Below, piece by piece: positions 56,155 through 64,000 of a stretch of 64,000 nt of DNA (position 1 is the first letter of the stretch; every line of letters begins with the position of its first letter). Made by a program: the position numbers and the translations under genes. The notes beneath the pieces were generated by a model. That model saw only the letters and a list, made by a program, of their open reading frames with translations. It was not told where the DNA came from and searched no databases. The stretch is from Candidatus Latescibacterota bacterium (GTDB taxonomy: Bacteria; Latescibacterota; UBA2968; UBA8231). Location: positions 736,001-800,000 of the forward strand of contig CBDCSU010000006.1 of assembly GCA_965221775.1 (NCBI GenBank), read 5' to 3'.

Positions 56155-56376
56155 CTAACGCGTATCGTTGATGCTGTAGGGCAGCAGCCCGAGATAGCGG
56201 GCCCGCTTGATGGCGCGCACGATCCTGGTCTGCTGGGAGCGGGTGGCGCCGGTACGGCGGGCCGGCTCGATCTTGCCGAAGGGAGTGAGGAAGCGGGACA
56301 GCACGTCGAGCCGCTTGTAGTCGATCTCTTCGGGCTTCAGCTTGGCCGTGAACTCTTTGCGATTGACCCGGGCGAT
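56155..56376 (-). CDS. rpsR: 30S ribosomal protein S18 (Cys-free), apparent ATC start; absent from the ORF track
   Basis: IDYKRLDVLSRFLTPFGKIEPARRTGATRSQQTRIVRAIKRARYLGLLPY; AGGAG 9 nt before ATC; no in-frame ATG/GTG/TTG after the upstream TGA. Confidence 0.92.
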   Translation of the reverse strand: MARVNRKEFTAKLKPEEIDYKRLDVLSRFLTPFGKIEPARRTGATRSQQTRIVRAIKRARYLGLLPYSINDTR

Positions 56377-56440
56377 GGCGCTTGGCTCCTGTGCGGCGTG
56401 GAGGGGCCGCCGGCGGGAGGGCCGATGCGGCAGGTGAGCT

Positions 56441-57775
56441 TTGGAAGCTAGGGAACATGCCTCTCTCCGTCAACGATGGAGGCGGGCCTCCGGCCTCGCC
56501 CGCTGGGCCGCCTTCTGCCTGGGAATCGTCGCCCTCCTGCCCCCCGCGGCAGGCTCCCGCGGACCACTGGCCGCCGGGTTGACGGCGACGGCGGTGCTCC
56601 TCGCGGCGGGGCTGCTCCGCCGCTCCCCGGAACGGCCTCCGCGCCGCCTGCTGTGGCCCGCCGCCGCCTGGCTCGCCGGCCTGGGGATCAGCTTCGCCCT
56701 CGGCGGGTCCTCCGAGCCGGCCCCCCTGCTGCCGCCCCTGCTGGGGACGGCGGCCCTCTTCGTCGGCTGGCAGCTGCGGCGCGCGCCCGACGCCGCGGTC
56801 GCCATGGCCGGCATCGGCGCCGGTGCCGTGGCGGCCTCCCTGCACGCCGCCGCCCAGCACGCCGGTTGGGACCCGGTCCCCCGGGCCGACTTCTTTCCCG
56901 ACCGCGTGGTGGGACCCTTCGCCAACCCCAACCACCTCGCCGGCTTCCTGGCCGCGGCCCTGCCGCTGCTGCTGACCGCCGGCCTGGGCGCAGGCAGCTC
57001 CCCGGGGGGGGTCCGCTGGCGGCCGGCCCTGGGCCTGGGGCTGGCGGTCCTGCTGATCCTCGGGATCCTGCTGCTGGCGGGCAGCCGCGGGGCGCTGGCC
57101 GGCTGCCTGGCGGGGACCACCGTGGTCTTCGCCGGCTACGTCCGCGGCGCGCGGCTGGGCCGGCTCCGGGCGAGGCCCCCTGGATGGCTGCTGCTGCTGG
57201 TCGGCGCGGCGGGGGTGGCGCTGCTGCTCCGCCACGAGCCGGTCATGAGCAACCGCCAGGGGCAGACCTCGGTCGGCCAGCGGCTGAAGGCGATGCTCAA
57301 CGTGGCCGGGGATGAGGCCGACCGCGACGCTACCCTGGTGCACCGGCGGGTGCTCCGGAGCCTCGCCTGGCGCATGTTCACCGCCGACCCCTGGCTCGGC
57401 GCCGGACCCGGGCAGTTCCGGACGGCGGGCGCCCTGGCCGACGAGGCCGAGACGCGGCTGCTGGCCTCGGTGAGGGGGGGCCTGCCCCGCCACGCCCACA
57501 ACGAGCTGCTGCAGACGGCGGCCGAGTCGGGCCTGGCGGGCCTGCTGCCGCTGGTCGTCCTGCTCGCCGCGGGCGGCCTCGGCGCCCTCGGGCCCGCCTG
57601 GCGCACGGGGGATCCGGTGACCTGGGCGGCCCTCGGCGGATGCGCCGCGGTCATGGTCCACGGGCTGGTGAGCTACCCGCTGCACATGCCCGCCACGGCG
57701 GGGGCCTTCTGGGTGCTGCTCGGTGTCCTGTTCCGGCGCGGGGAGCCCCGGGGGGCGGGCGCTCGGAGCGCCTAG
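56441..57775 (+). CDS. O-antigen ligase (Wzy_C) family membrane protein; start uncertain
   Basis: Many TM segments, GPFANPNHLAG, GSRGA, PWLGAGPGQF, HAHNELLQ.AAESG. Confidence 0.85.
   Translation: MEAREHASLRQRWRRASGLARWAAFCLGIVALLPPAAGSRGPLAAGLTATAVLLAAGLLRRSPERPPRRLLWPAAAWLAGLGISFALGGSSEPAPLLPPLLGTAALFVGWQLRRAPDAAVAMAGIGAGAVAASLHAAAQHAGWDPVPRADFFPDRVVGPFANPNHLAGFLAAALPLLLTAGLGAGSSPGGVRWRPALGLGLAVLLILGILLLAGSRGALAGCLAGTTVVFAGYVRGARLGRLRARPPGWLLLLVGAAGVALLLRHEPVMSNRQGQTSVGQRLKAMLNVAGDEADRDATLVHRRVLRSLAWRMFTADPWLGAGPGQFRTAGALADEAETRLLASVRGGLPRHAHNELLQTAAESGLAGLLPLVVLLAAGGLGALGPAWRTGDPVTWAALGGCAAVMVHGLVSYPLHMPATAGAFWVLLGVLFRRGEPRGAGARSA
56445..56473 (-). promoter_or_regulatory. Putative sigma-70 promoter for rpsR-BMC-hypothetical
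   Basis: Minus strand TTGACG, 17-nt spacer, TAGCTT. Confidence 0.55.
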
Positions 57776-58584
57776 CGGCAGAAGCTGCCGAAGTCGCGGT
57801 AGTGGCGGACCGGCAGCTCGTGGTAGCGGCGGGCCAGCGCCTCCAGCCGCCGGCAGGCCAGCTCGTAGATCCGCCGGCCCTTCTCCGCCGAGGCGGCGAG
57901 GGCGTCGCCCATGATGCCGGTGCCCCCGGCGGTGTCGCGGCGGCGCTCGGCGAAGACGGCGAAGGGCAGCTCCTCGAAGGGGGCCGTCAGGGAGTCGTCG
58001 GCGGCGGCGCGGCTCATGTCGACCATGTGGGCCCGCAGATGCAGCTGCACCGCCGTCTCCCACTCGCCGCCGTGACCGACCATCTCGTCGGTGGCGCTCC
58101 ACTCCCGCATCTCCGCCTCGACGGCGTCCCACCAGCTGAAGCTGAGGGTGAAGACGTCCTCCTCGGCCAGCTGCCAGCTGACGGCGCGGCAGGGCGCGGC
58201 GTTGCCGCCGTGGCCGTTGAGGGTGACGATGCGCTCGAAGCCGTTGGCGTGGATGCTGCGGCAGACGTCGGCCACCAGGGCCTGGAAGGTCTCGAGGCCC
58301 AGGGAGATGGTGCCGGCGAAGCCCATGTTGTAGTGGGTGAACCCCGACCAGATCGGCGGCGCCACGATGACCGGGAAGTCCTCCACACGCCGCGCCACCT
58401 CGGCGGCCATGTGGAAGGGAGCGGAGATGTCGACGTCCATGGGGCAGTGGGGGCCGTGCTGCTCCACCGAGCCCACCGGCACGATCACCACCGGCGCCTG
58501 CTCCACCGCCTCCTCGAACTCGTGGCGGAGCATCTCCTGCCACATGACCTTGCGGTTGGAGCCGTCGTAGGAAACCGAGTACAT
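57772..58584 (-). CDS. Creatininase family protein
   Basis: PVGSVEQHGPHCP..VD, NGHGGN, HGGEWET, ASAEKG. Confidence 0.92.
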   Translation of the reverse strand: MYSVSYDGSNRKVMWQEMLRHEFEEAVEQAPVVIVPVGSVEQHGPHCPMDVDISAPFHMAAEVARRVEDFPVIVAPPIWSGFTHYNMGFAGTISLGLETFQALVADVCRSIHANGFERIVTLNGHGGNAAPCRAVSWQLAEEDVFTLSFSWWDAVEAEMREWSATDEMVGHGGEWETAVQLHLRAHMVDMSRAAADDSLTAPFEELPFAVFAERRRDTAGGTGIMGDALAASAEKGRRIYELACRRLEALARRYHELPVRHYRDFGSFCR

Positions 58585-58585
58585 G

Positions 58586-59761
58586 CTATTCCTCCATCTC
58601 CTCGTGCAGCCGCCTCATGGCCTCGCCGTGGGCCACTCCCTCGCGGCGCAGGGCCCTGTAGCGGTCCCGGTCGATGCCCTCCCAGCTCTTGTAGCCGCGG
58701 ATGTCGCGGCCACCCTCGGCCTCCACCGGCAACTCCCCCGCTTCGATCATGAGACCCAGGGGGTACTCCTTCTCCTGCAGCGGGAAGTGGATCACCCGCC
58801 GGCGCCGGGCCGACTCGTAGAGACCCATCATGATCTCCACCGTGATCCGCGCCTGCGCGCCGGAGCCGCGGTGCTCGTCGACCTCGCCCTCGAGCCACTG
58901 CACCAGCTCGCGCACCTGGGCGGCGTTGGTGTCGCCGCCGATCGCCTGGCCACCCTCCCCGAGGCCGAGATCGATCTCCTGCCAGCCGGCGGCGGCGGCG
59001 TTCATCAGGCGCACCCGGCCCTCGTTGACGTCCATCAGCCCCTCGGTGCCGCGGATCTGAAAGCCGCCGGCGGTGGCCCCCTCGCGCATCAGGTCGGACT
59101 GGATGAAGAGCTGCACGCCGCCGTCGAAGTGGACCAGCCCCAGGCAGGAGTCCTCGATCGCCGTGCCGCGCTCGTAGCGGTCGGTGAGGCGCTCGACGGC
59201 GCCCATCACCCACCGGGGGTGGGGATCGCCGAGGACGAAGCGCGAGCCGTCGATGGAATGGGTCCCCCAGTTCGACAGCCCGTCAGCGACCTTGTTGGTC
59301 ACCATCAGGGGCTCGCCCACGGCGCCCTGCCGCACCAGGTCGCGGGCCTTCTCCCAGCCCCTGGTGAAGCGCCGCTGGTGGCTGACCACGAGCTTCGTGC
59401 CGCTGGCCTCGCAGGCCTCCACCATGCGGTCGGCGGCACCGAGGCCGATGGCCATCGGCTTCTCGCAGATCACCGCCTTCACGCCGGCCTCGGCGGCGGC
59501 GATCGTCGGCCCCGGATGCAGCAGGTGCCAGGTGCAGACGCTGACGATGTCGGGCTTCGCCTCGGCGAGCATCTCCTCGACGCTCTCGAAGCCCCGCAGG
59601 TTCAGGTGGGGATAGACCTCCTCGATGTAGCGGGTCCGGGCCTCGGCCACGGGATCGGCCACCGCCACCACCTCGACTCCGTCGACGAGGGCATAGCCCT
59701 CCATGTGGGCCTGTCCGATGCCGCCGCAGCCGACGATGGCGGCTCTGTATTTCGCGGGCAT
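58586..59761 (-). CDS. Gfo/Idh/MocA family oxidoreductase
   Basis: IVGCGGIG..H, CEKPMA, HQRRF, WGTHSID, YESAR. Confidence 0.92.
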   Translation of the reverse strand: MPAKYRAAIVGCGGIGQAHMEGYALVDGVEVVAVADPVAEARTRYIEEVYPHLNLRGFESVEEMLAEAKPDIVSVCTWHLLHPGPTIAAAEAGVKAVICEKPMAIGLGAADRMVEACEASGTKLVVSHQRRFTRGWEKARDLVRQGAVGEPLMVTNKVADGLSNWGTHSIDGSRFVLGDPHPRWVMGAVERLTDRYERGTAIEDSCLGLVHFDGGVQLFIQSDLMREGATAGGFQIRGTEGLMDVNEGRVRLMNAAAAGWQEIDLGLGEGGQAIGGDTNAAQVRELVQWLEGEVDEHRGSGAQARITVEIMMGLYESARRRRVIHFPLQEKEYPLGLMIEAGELPVEAEGGRDIRGYKSWEGIDRDRYRALRREGVAHGEAMRRLHEEMEE

Positions 59762-59785
59762 GACGGGATAGTATAGACAGCGCCC

Positions 59786-60232
59786 ATGGACCCTCTCCAG
59801 AGCCGCGACGGAATCGACCTGCCCGGGGGCCTCCGCATTCCCCTCTCCGAGCTGCGGTTCTCCTTCAGCCGCAGCCCCGGACCCGGGGGGCAGCACGTGA
59901 ACAAGGTCAACACCCGCGTCGAGCTGCGCTTCGACCTGGCGGCCAGCCCCGGTCTCCCCGCCGAGTTGCGCCAGCGCGCCATGGCCCGGCTCGCAGACCG
60001 CCTCAACCGCGCCGGTCAGCTCGTGGTCGCCTCCTCCCGGCACCGGTCCCAGACCCGCAACCGCCACGACTGCATCGAGCGCTTCCAGGCGCTCATGGCC
60101 GAAGCCCTGCGTCCTCCCGGCCCCCGGCGGCGGCGCACGAGGCCGGGCCGTGCGGCGATCGCCCGCCGCCGCGAAGCCAAGATCCGCCAGTCCCGGAAGA
60201 AGAGCCTGCGCCGGCGCCCCGATTCCGAGTGA
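59786..60232 (+). CDS. arfB: Alternative ribosome-rescue peptidyl-tRNA hydrolase ArfB
   Basis: RSPGPGGQHVNK, RSQTRN, basic C-terminal tail. Confidence 0.93.
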   Translation: MDPLQSRDGIDLPGGLRIPLSELRFSFSRSPGPGGQHVNKVNTRVELRFDLAASPGLPAELRQRAMARLADRLNRAGQLVVASSRHRSQTRNRHDCIERFQALMAEALRPPGPRRRRTRPGRAAIARRREAKIRQSRKKSLRRRPDSE

Positions 60233-60349
60233 ACCGATTCGCTCCTTGAGGCGTCAGACCTGGGAGGGCTTGCCAATGTGCGGCTGCCCTCCCTATCGTT
60301 ACCTTAACGTTCACGTCAAGGTTGGTCCCGGACAAATTCGGAGGGCGGA

Positions 60350-61195
60350 ATGACCGCCAGCAGGTCCACGAGCACCATCGACGCCGCCGAGCTCTACTGG
60401 CGCGAGATCAAGGACAACGAGCCCCTCAGCCGCGAGCGCGAGGTCGAGCTGTTCACCCGTCTGCGCGCCGGGGACGAAAGCGCGCGGCAGCGGATCATCG
60501 AGGCCAATCTGCGCTTCGTGGTCAGCGTCGCCCGCGACTACAAGGACTACGGCCTCTCCCTGGGTGAGCTGATCTCCGAGGGCAACGTGGGCCTCCTGGA
60601 GGCGGTGAAGCGCTTCGACGAGACCCGCGGGTTCAAGTTCATCACCTACGCGGTGTGGTGGATCCGGCAGGCGATCCTCAAGGCCCTGGCCCTCCAGGGC
60701 CGCGTGGCGCGGCCCCCCATGAGCCAGATCAACGACCTGCAGAAGATCGAGCGCGAGGCCGGGCAGCTGGCCCAGAGCCTGGGCCGCTCGCCCACGAGCG
60801 CCGAGATCGCCGAGCGTGTCGACATCAGCCCCGAGCGCACCCGCAACGCCCTCGACGTGGGCCAGCACGACCTGTCCCTCGACGCGCCCGCCTACCCCGA
60901 CGAGGCGGCGCCCCTGCTGTCGGGCTACGCGGCCCCCGAGGCCGGCGCCGACGACCGCTTCGAGAAGACGGAGATGCGCGACCGCCTGTCCTCGTGCCTG
61001 AGTCAGCTCGACGAGCGCGAAGGCGAGATCGTGCGCGCCTACTTCGGCCTCGGCGACGCCGAGCCCATGACCCTCGAGCAGATCGGCGACTCCATGGGCG
61101 TCACCCGCGAGCGTGTGCGCCAACTGCGCAACCGCGCCCTGACGAAGCTGCGCGACAACTGCGGCGAGATGCTCGGCGAGTTCTCCCCCAACTGA
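60350..61195 (+). CDS. RNA polymerase sigma factor, RpoD/SigA family (short form)
   Basis: [42 protein letters not shown]...TRERVRQ. Confidence 0.92.
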   Translation: MTASRSTSTIDAAELYWREIKDNEPLSREREVELFTRLRAGDESARQRIIEANLRFVVSVARDYKDYGLSLGELISEGNVGLLEAVKRFDETRGFKFITYAVWWIRQAILKALALQGRVARPPMSQINDLQKIEREAGQLAQSLGRSPTSAEIAERVDISPERTRNALDVGQHDLSLDAPAYPDEAAPLLSGYAAPEAGADDRFEKTEMRDRLSSCLSQLDEREGEIVRAYFGLGDAEPMTLEQIGDSMGVTRERVRQLRNRALTKLRDNCGEMLGEFSPN

Positions 61196-61202
61196 GCGGC
61201 TC

Positions 61203-61228
61203 CGTGCCTCGCCCGGCGGCGAGGCACG
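61203..61228. terminator. GC-rich hairpin between convergent genes (no U-tract)
   Basis: CGTGCCTCGCC-CGGC-GGCGAGGCACG. Confidence 0.5.
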
Positions 61229-61238
61229 ACTCCGTGCC

Positions 61239-63053
61239 TCAGCTGCGGCCGCCCGGCCGCGGCGCCTGCCGCGACCACAGTTCCTCCAGCCGCTCGATCG
61301 GCTCCCGGAGGGTGTCGATCGCCTCCAGCCAGAACCGGGGCGACTCCAGGTCGGCGCCGATCGACTCGCGGGCCACGTTCTCGGCCGTGTCGGAGCCCGC
61401 GCGCCGCAGGAACTCCTCGTAGCGGGGCAGGAAGGCGGCGCCCTCCTGGCGGAAGCGGGCGAAGAGCCCGCGGCTGAGGAGGAAGCCGAAGGTGTAGGGG
61501 AAGTTGTAGAAGGTCAGGCTGGTGATGTAGAAGTGCAGCTTGGAGGCCCAGAACAGGGGGTCCTCGCCGCCCTCCTCCAGGGCGTCGCCGAAGAGGCGGC
61601 GCTGGGTCTGCGCCATGAGCCCGCACAGGCGGCTGACCTCGACCTCCTCCTCCAGGCGCTCCTCGTGGAAGGCCTTCTCGAACTCGAAGCGCACCGGGAT
61701 GTCCATGAGGTAGACGGCGCCGTGGGCAGCTTCCATGTCGAGGACGCGGAGCTTGTCCTCGTCGCTCACCGCGGGATCGGAGAGGACGCCCTCGGTGAGG
61801 ATCATCTCCCCGAAGGTGGAGGCCGATTCGGCCAGGGTCATGGGGTAGTGGTGGAGGAAGGGGCGGGTTTCGCGCAGGAGGTGGTGATGGAAGGCGTGGC
61901 CGGCCTCGTGGGCGAGGGTGCGCACATCGCCGAGGCGGCCGTTGAAGGTCATGTAGACCCGCGGCTCCATGGTCAGCAGCGAGCCGGTGCAGAACGCCCC
62001 CGGCCGCTTGCCGGGCCTGGGCTCCCACTCGATCCAGCGGCGCTCGCTCATCTGCGCCGTGAACTCGCCGAGGGCGGGGTAGGCGGCGGCGAAGGCCTCC
62101 TCCACCCACGAGCGCGCCTCCTCCCAGGAGAGGGCCTTCTCCTCGCCGGCGGCGGGCAGCGGCGCCTCCAGGTCGTACCAGGCGACGCCGGGAGCGCCCA
62201 TGGCCTCGGCCTTGAAGCGGAAGACGCGGCGCGCCAGCTCGGCGCGGTCGTAGATCGCCTCGAAGAGGGCGTCGAGGGAGCGCCGGGTGATGCGCGCCTG
62301 GAAGAGGGCGGTGTCGAGGAAGTGGTCGACGCCGCGGTGGCGGTTGAGGGTGAGACGGGTCCCGGAGATGGCGTTGATCGCCGCCGCGGCCACGTCCTGA
62401 ACCGCCTCCCATGCGGCGTTGCCGCCCTCGAAGGCGGCGCGGCGCACGGCGCGGTCCGGGTGCGACATGAGAGAGCGCCGCTGCGCCATGGGCAGGCGCT
62501 GGCGGCGGCCGTCGGGCCAGGGCATGTCGAACTCGAGCTTGCCGGAGAGCGTGTCGTAGAGGCGCCCCCAGGCGTGGATGCCGTCGACGCCGAGATCGGC
62601 GGAGAGGCGCTCCTCCGCCGGACTCATGGTCCGCCGGGCCTCCTCGCGCAGCCGCCGCAGGTGGTAGACGCAGCCGTCGAAGGCGGGGCGGCCGGCGAGG
62701 CCGTCGACGGCGGCGGCGGAAGCCTGCTTGAGGCCGCGCTGCAGCTCGACCTCGAGCTTCTCGGCCTCGGCCGCGGTGCGGGCGAAGGCGGCCTCCGCCT
62801 TCTTGTAGGACTCGTCGGCGGCGTCGCCGGCGGTCAGGCACCCGAGGTAGGAGCCCAGGTGGCTCAGACGGCGGGAGAGATCCTCCACGTCGAGGAGGAC
62901 CCGCTCCCAGTCACCGGCGTTGCCGGCGTCGAGCGTGGGCAGCTCCGCGGCGCGCTGCAGCAGCGCCTGCAGCTCGTCGGCCAGGGCGCGCTCGAAGGCG
63001 TCCCTCTCGGAGCTGTCGAAGCTCGGGAAGTAGCTGGTGAGGTCCCAGTTCAT
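61239..63053 (-). CDS. M3 family oligoendopeptidase F
   Basis: MNWDL, GKRPGAFC, TLAHEAGHAFH, LAESASTFGE, HFY...FYNFPYTFG. Confidence 0.93.
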   Translation of the reverse strand: MNWDLTSYFPSFDSSERDAFERALADELQALLQRAAELPTLDAGNAGDWERVLLDVEDLSRRLSHLGSYLGCLTAGDAADESYKKAEAAFARTAAEAEKLEVELQRGLKQASAAAVDGLAGRPAFDGCVYHLRRLREEARRTMSPAEERLSADLGVDGIHAWGRLYDTLSGKLEFDMPWPDGRRQRLPMAQRRSLMSHPDRAVRRAAFEGGNAAWEAVQDVAAAAINAISGTRLTLNRHRGVDHFLDTALFQARITRRSLDALFEAIYDRAELARRVFRFKAEAMGAPGVAWYDLEAPLPAAGEEKALSWEEARSWVEEAFAAAYPALGEFTAQMSERRWIEWEPRPGKRPGAFCTGSLLTMEPRVYMTFNGRLGDVRTLAHEAGHAFHHHLLRETRPFLHHYPMTLAESASTFGEMILTEGVLSDPAVSDEDKLRVLDMEAAHGAVYLMDIPVRFEFEKAFHEERLEEEVEVSRLCGLMAQTQRRLFGDALEEGGEDPLFWASKLHFYITSLTFYNFPYTFGFLLSRGLFARFRQEGAAFLPRYEEFLRRAGSDTAENVARESIGADLESPRFWLEAIDTLREPIERLEELWSRQAPRPGGRS

Positions 63054-64000
63054 GCCAGGCGCACCGACTTCAGTTCCTTGCGGGTCAGGCGGACGCCGCC
63101 GGTGCGCTGGCCGCGCACCGGGTAGTCGGCGACGGCGAAGCTCTCCTCCAGCACCCGCAGCCGCGGCTTCGGCTTGTAGACCAGCTCCACCGTGGCCTCC
63201 TCGTCGGTGGTGAGCTTGAGCAGCTTCGCCCCATCGGGCACCAGGGAATAGCTGCGGTTGAGGATGTACGAGTCGATGCGGCAGCGCTTGATGCAGGTGC
63301 CGCCCCTGGCGTCGCGGAAGACGGCGGTGAAGACCCGCTCCTTGTCGGGCAGACCGGCGTGGGCCATGCCCTTGCCGACGAAGAGCTTGTCCGGCGCGTC
63401 GACCACCGACCAGGTGCCGTCGCCGCGGATCACCAGGACGCGGTCGTAGGCAGAGACGTCGGCCACGTGGGCGCCCGTCACCTGGTGGCCCAGGTAGCCG
63501 GCGGACCGGTCGTAGCACAGCCGCAGGTCGCGCCTGGCCGCCTCGCGGGCTTCGACGCGCTCGAAGGAGGTGATCTCCGTGCGCCGCGGAAAGTCCTCCC
63601 GGCAGCGCTCGATCAGCTCCTCCACGTAGCGGATGGCGTACCCCACGATCTGCCTCAGGTCGCGGCGGATCTGCTTGAGGCGCGCCGCGAGCTCGCGCAT
63701 CTGGCGGCCGGTTCGCTCCATGTCGTAGAGGGAGATCCGCCGGATGGGGATGCGCAGCAGGGCCTCCAGGTCCTCGGGCGTGACCTCGCGGCCGATGCTC
63801 TCCCGGTGCGGCGCCAGCCCCTCGAGGACGGCCCGCTCCACCCCCTCCTGGGTGCGCTCCTCCTCGATCGCCTGGTAGATCCGGTGCTCGATGAAGATGC
63901 GTTCCAGGGTGCGGGCGTGGAGGCGGTCGGCCACCTCTCCCTCCTCGACGCGCAGCTGCGCCCGCAGGATGTCCACGAGGCGGTCGACGTTGTGCCGCAA
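63050..64000 (-). CDS. DNA topoisomerase IV/gyrase subunit A, C-terminal part (5' truncated by window)
   Basis: LERIFIEHRIY, LLRIPIRRISLYD, FPRRTEI, VRGQRTGGVRL, typical of ParC-like type IIA subunits. Confidence 0.8.
   Translation of the reverse strand: MRHNVDRLVDILRAQLRVEEGEVADRLHARTLERIFIEHRIYQAIEEERTQEGVERAVLEGLAPHRESIGREVTPEDLEALLRIPIRRISLYDMERTGRQMRELAARLKQIRRDLRQIVGYAIRYVEELIERCREDFPRRTEITSFERVEAREAARRDLRLCYDRSAGYLGHQVTGAHVADVSAYDRVLVIRGDGTWSVVDAPDKLFVGKGMAHAGLPDKERVFTAVFRDARGGTCIKRCRIDSYILNRSYSLVPDGAKLLKLTTDEEATVELVYKPKPRLRVLEESFAVADYPVRGQRTGGVRLTRKELKSVRLA

Overview
A very GC-rich bacterial chromosomal segment. Its gene mix (sulfatase, six Fe(II)/2OG dioxygenases, ankyrin and TPR proteins, sugar epimerases) resembles Latescibacterota-like heterotrophs or symbionts, which is inference only. 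The backbone is metabolic and housekeeping: hemL, LarA-like, GH2, Lhr helicase, rpsR, BMC shell, arfB, sigma-70, pepF and a partial topoisomerase II subunit A. Several lower-GC conflict or defence inserts interrupt it. (1) An orphan AAA_21 ATPase at about 9.1-10.4 kb. (2) A five-gene, translationally coupled CBASS operon at 11.7-16.2 kb: XRE-HTH/M78 peptidase fusion, PIN-like protein, HNH-SAVED effector, CD-NTase and E2/SEC-C protein. (3) A 1.48-kb toxin-antitoxin cassette bounded by a perfect 56-bp direct repeat at 23.4-25.0 kb. (4) An island at 33.4-42.6 kb with an AbiE-like pair, an Mrr-like nuclease, decayed PtuA-like ATPase fragments, and a paired STAND-ATPase / ATPase-TPR / PD-(D/E)XK nuclease module behind a 15-bp-period palindrome array. 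Signals the ORF track misses include an rpsR with an apparent ATC start, a small ORF with an in-frame TGA, a globin-ankyrin fusion, and G/C strand skew in host genes flanking the inserts. No rRNA, tRNA, CRISPR array, integrase or transposase was seen. All calls rest on motif recognition by eye; no database searches were run.
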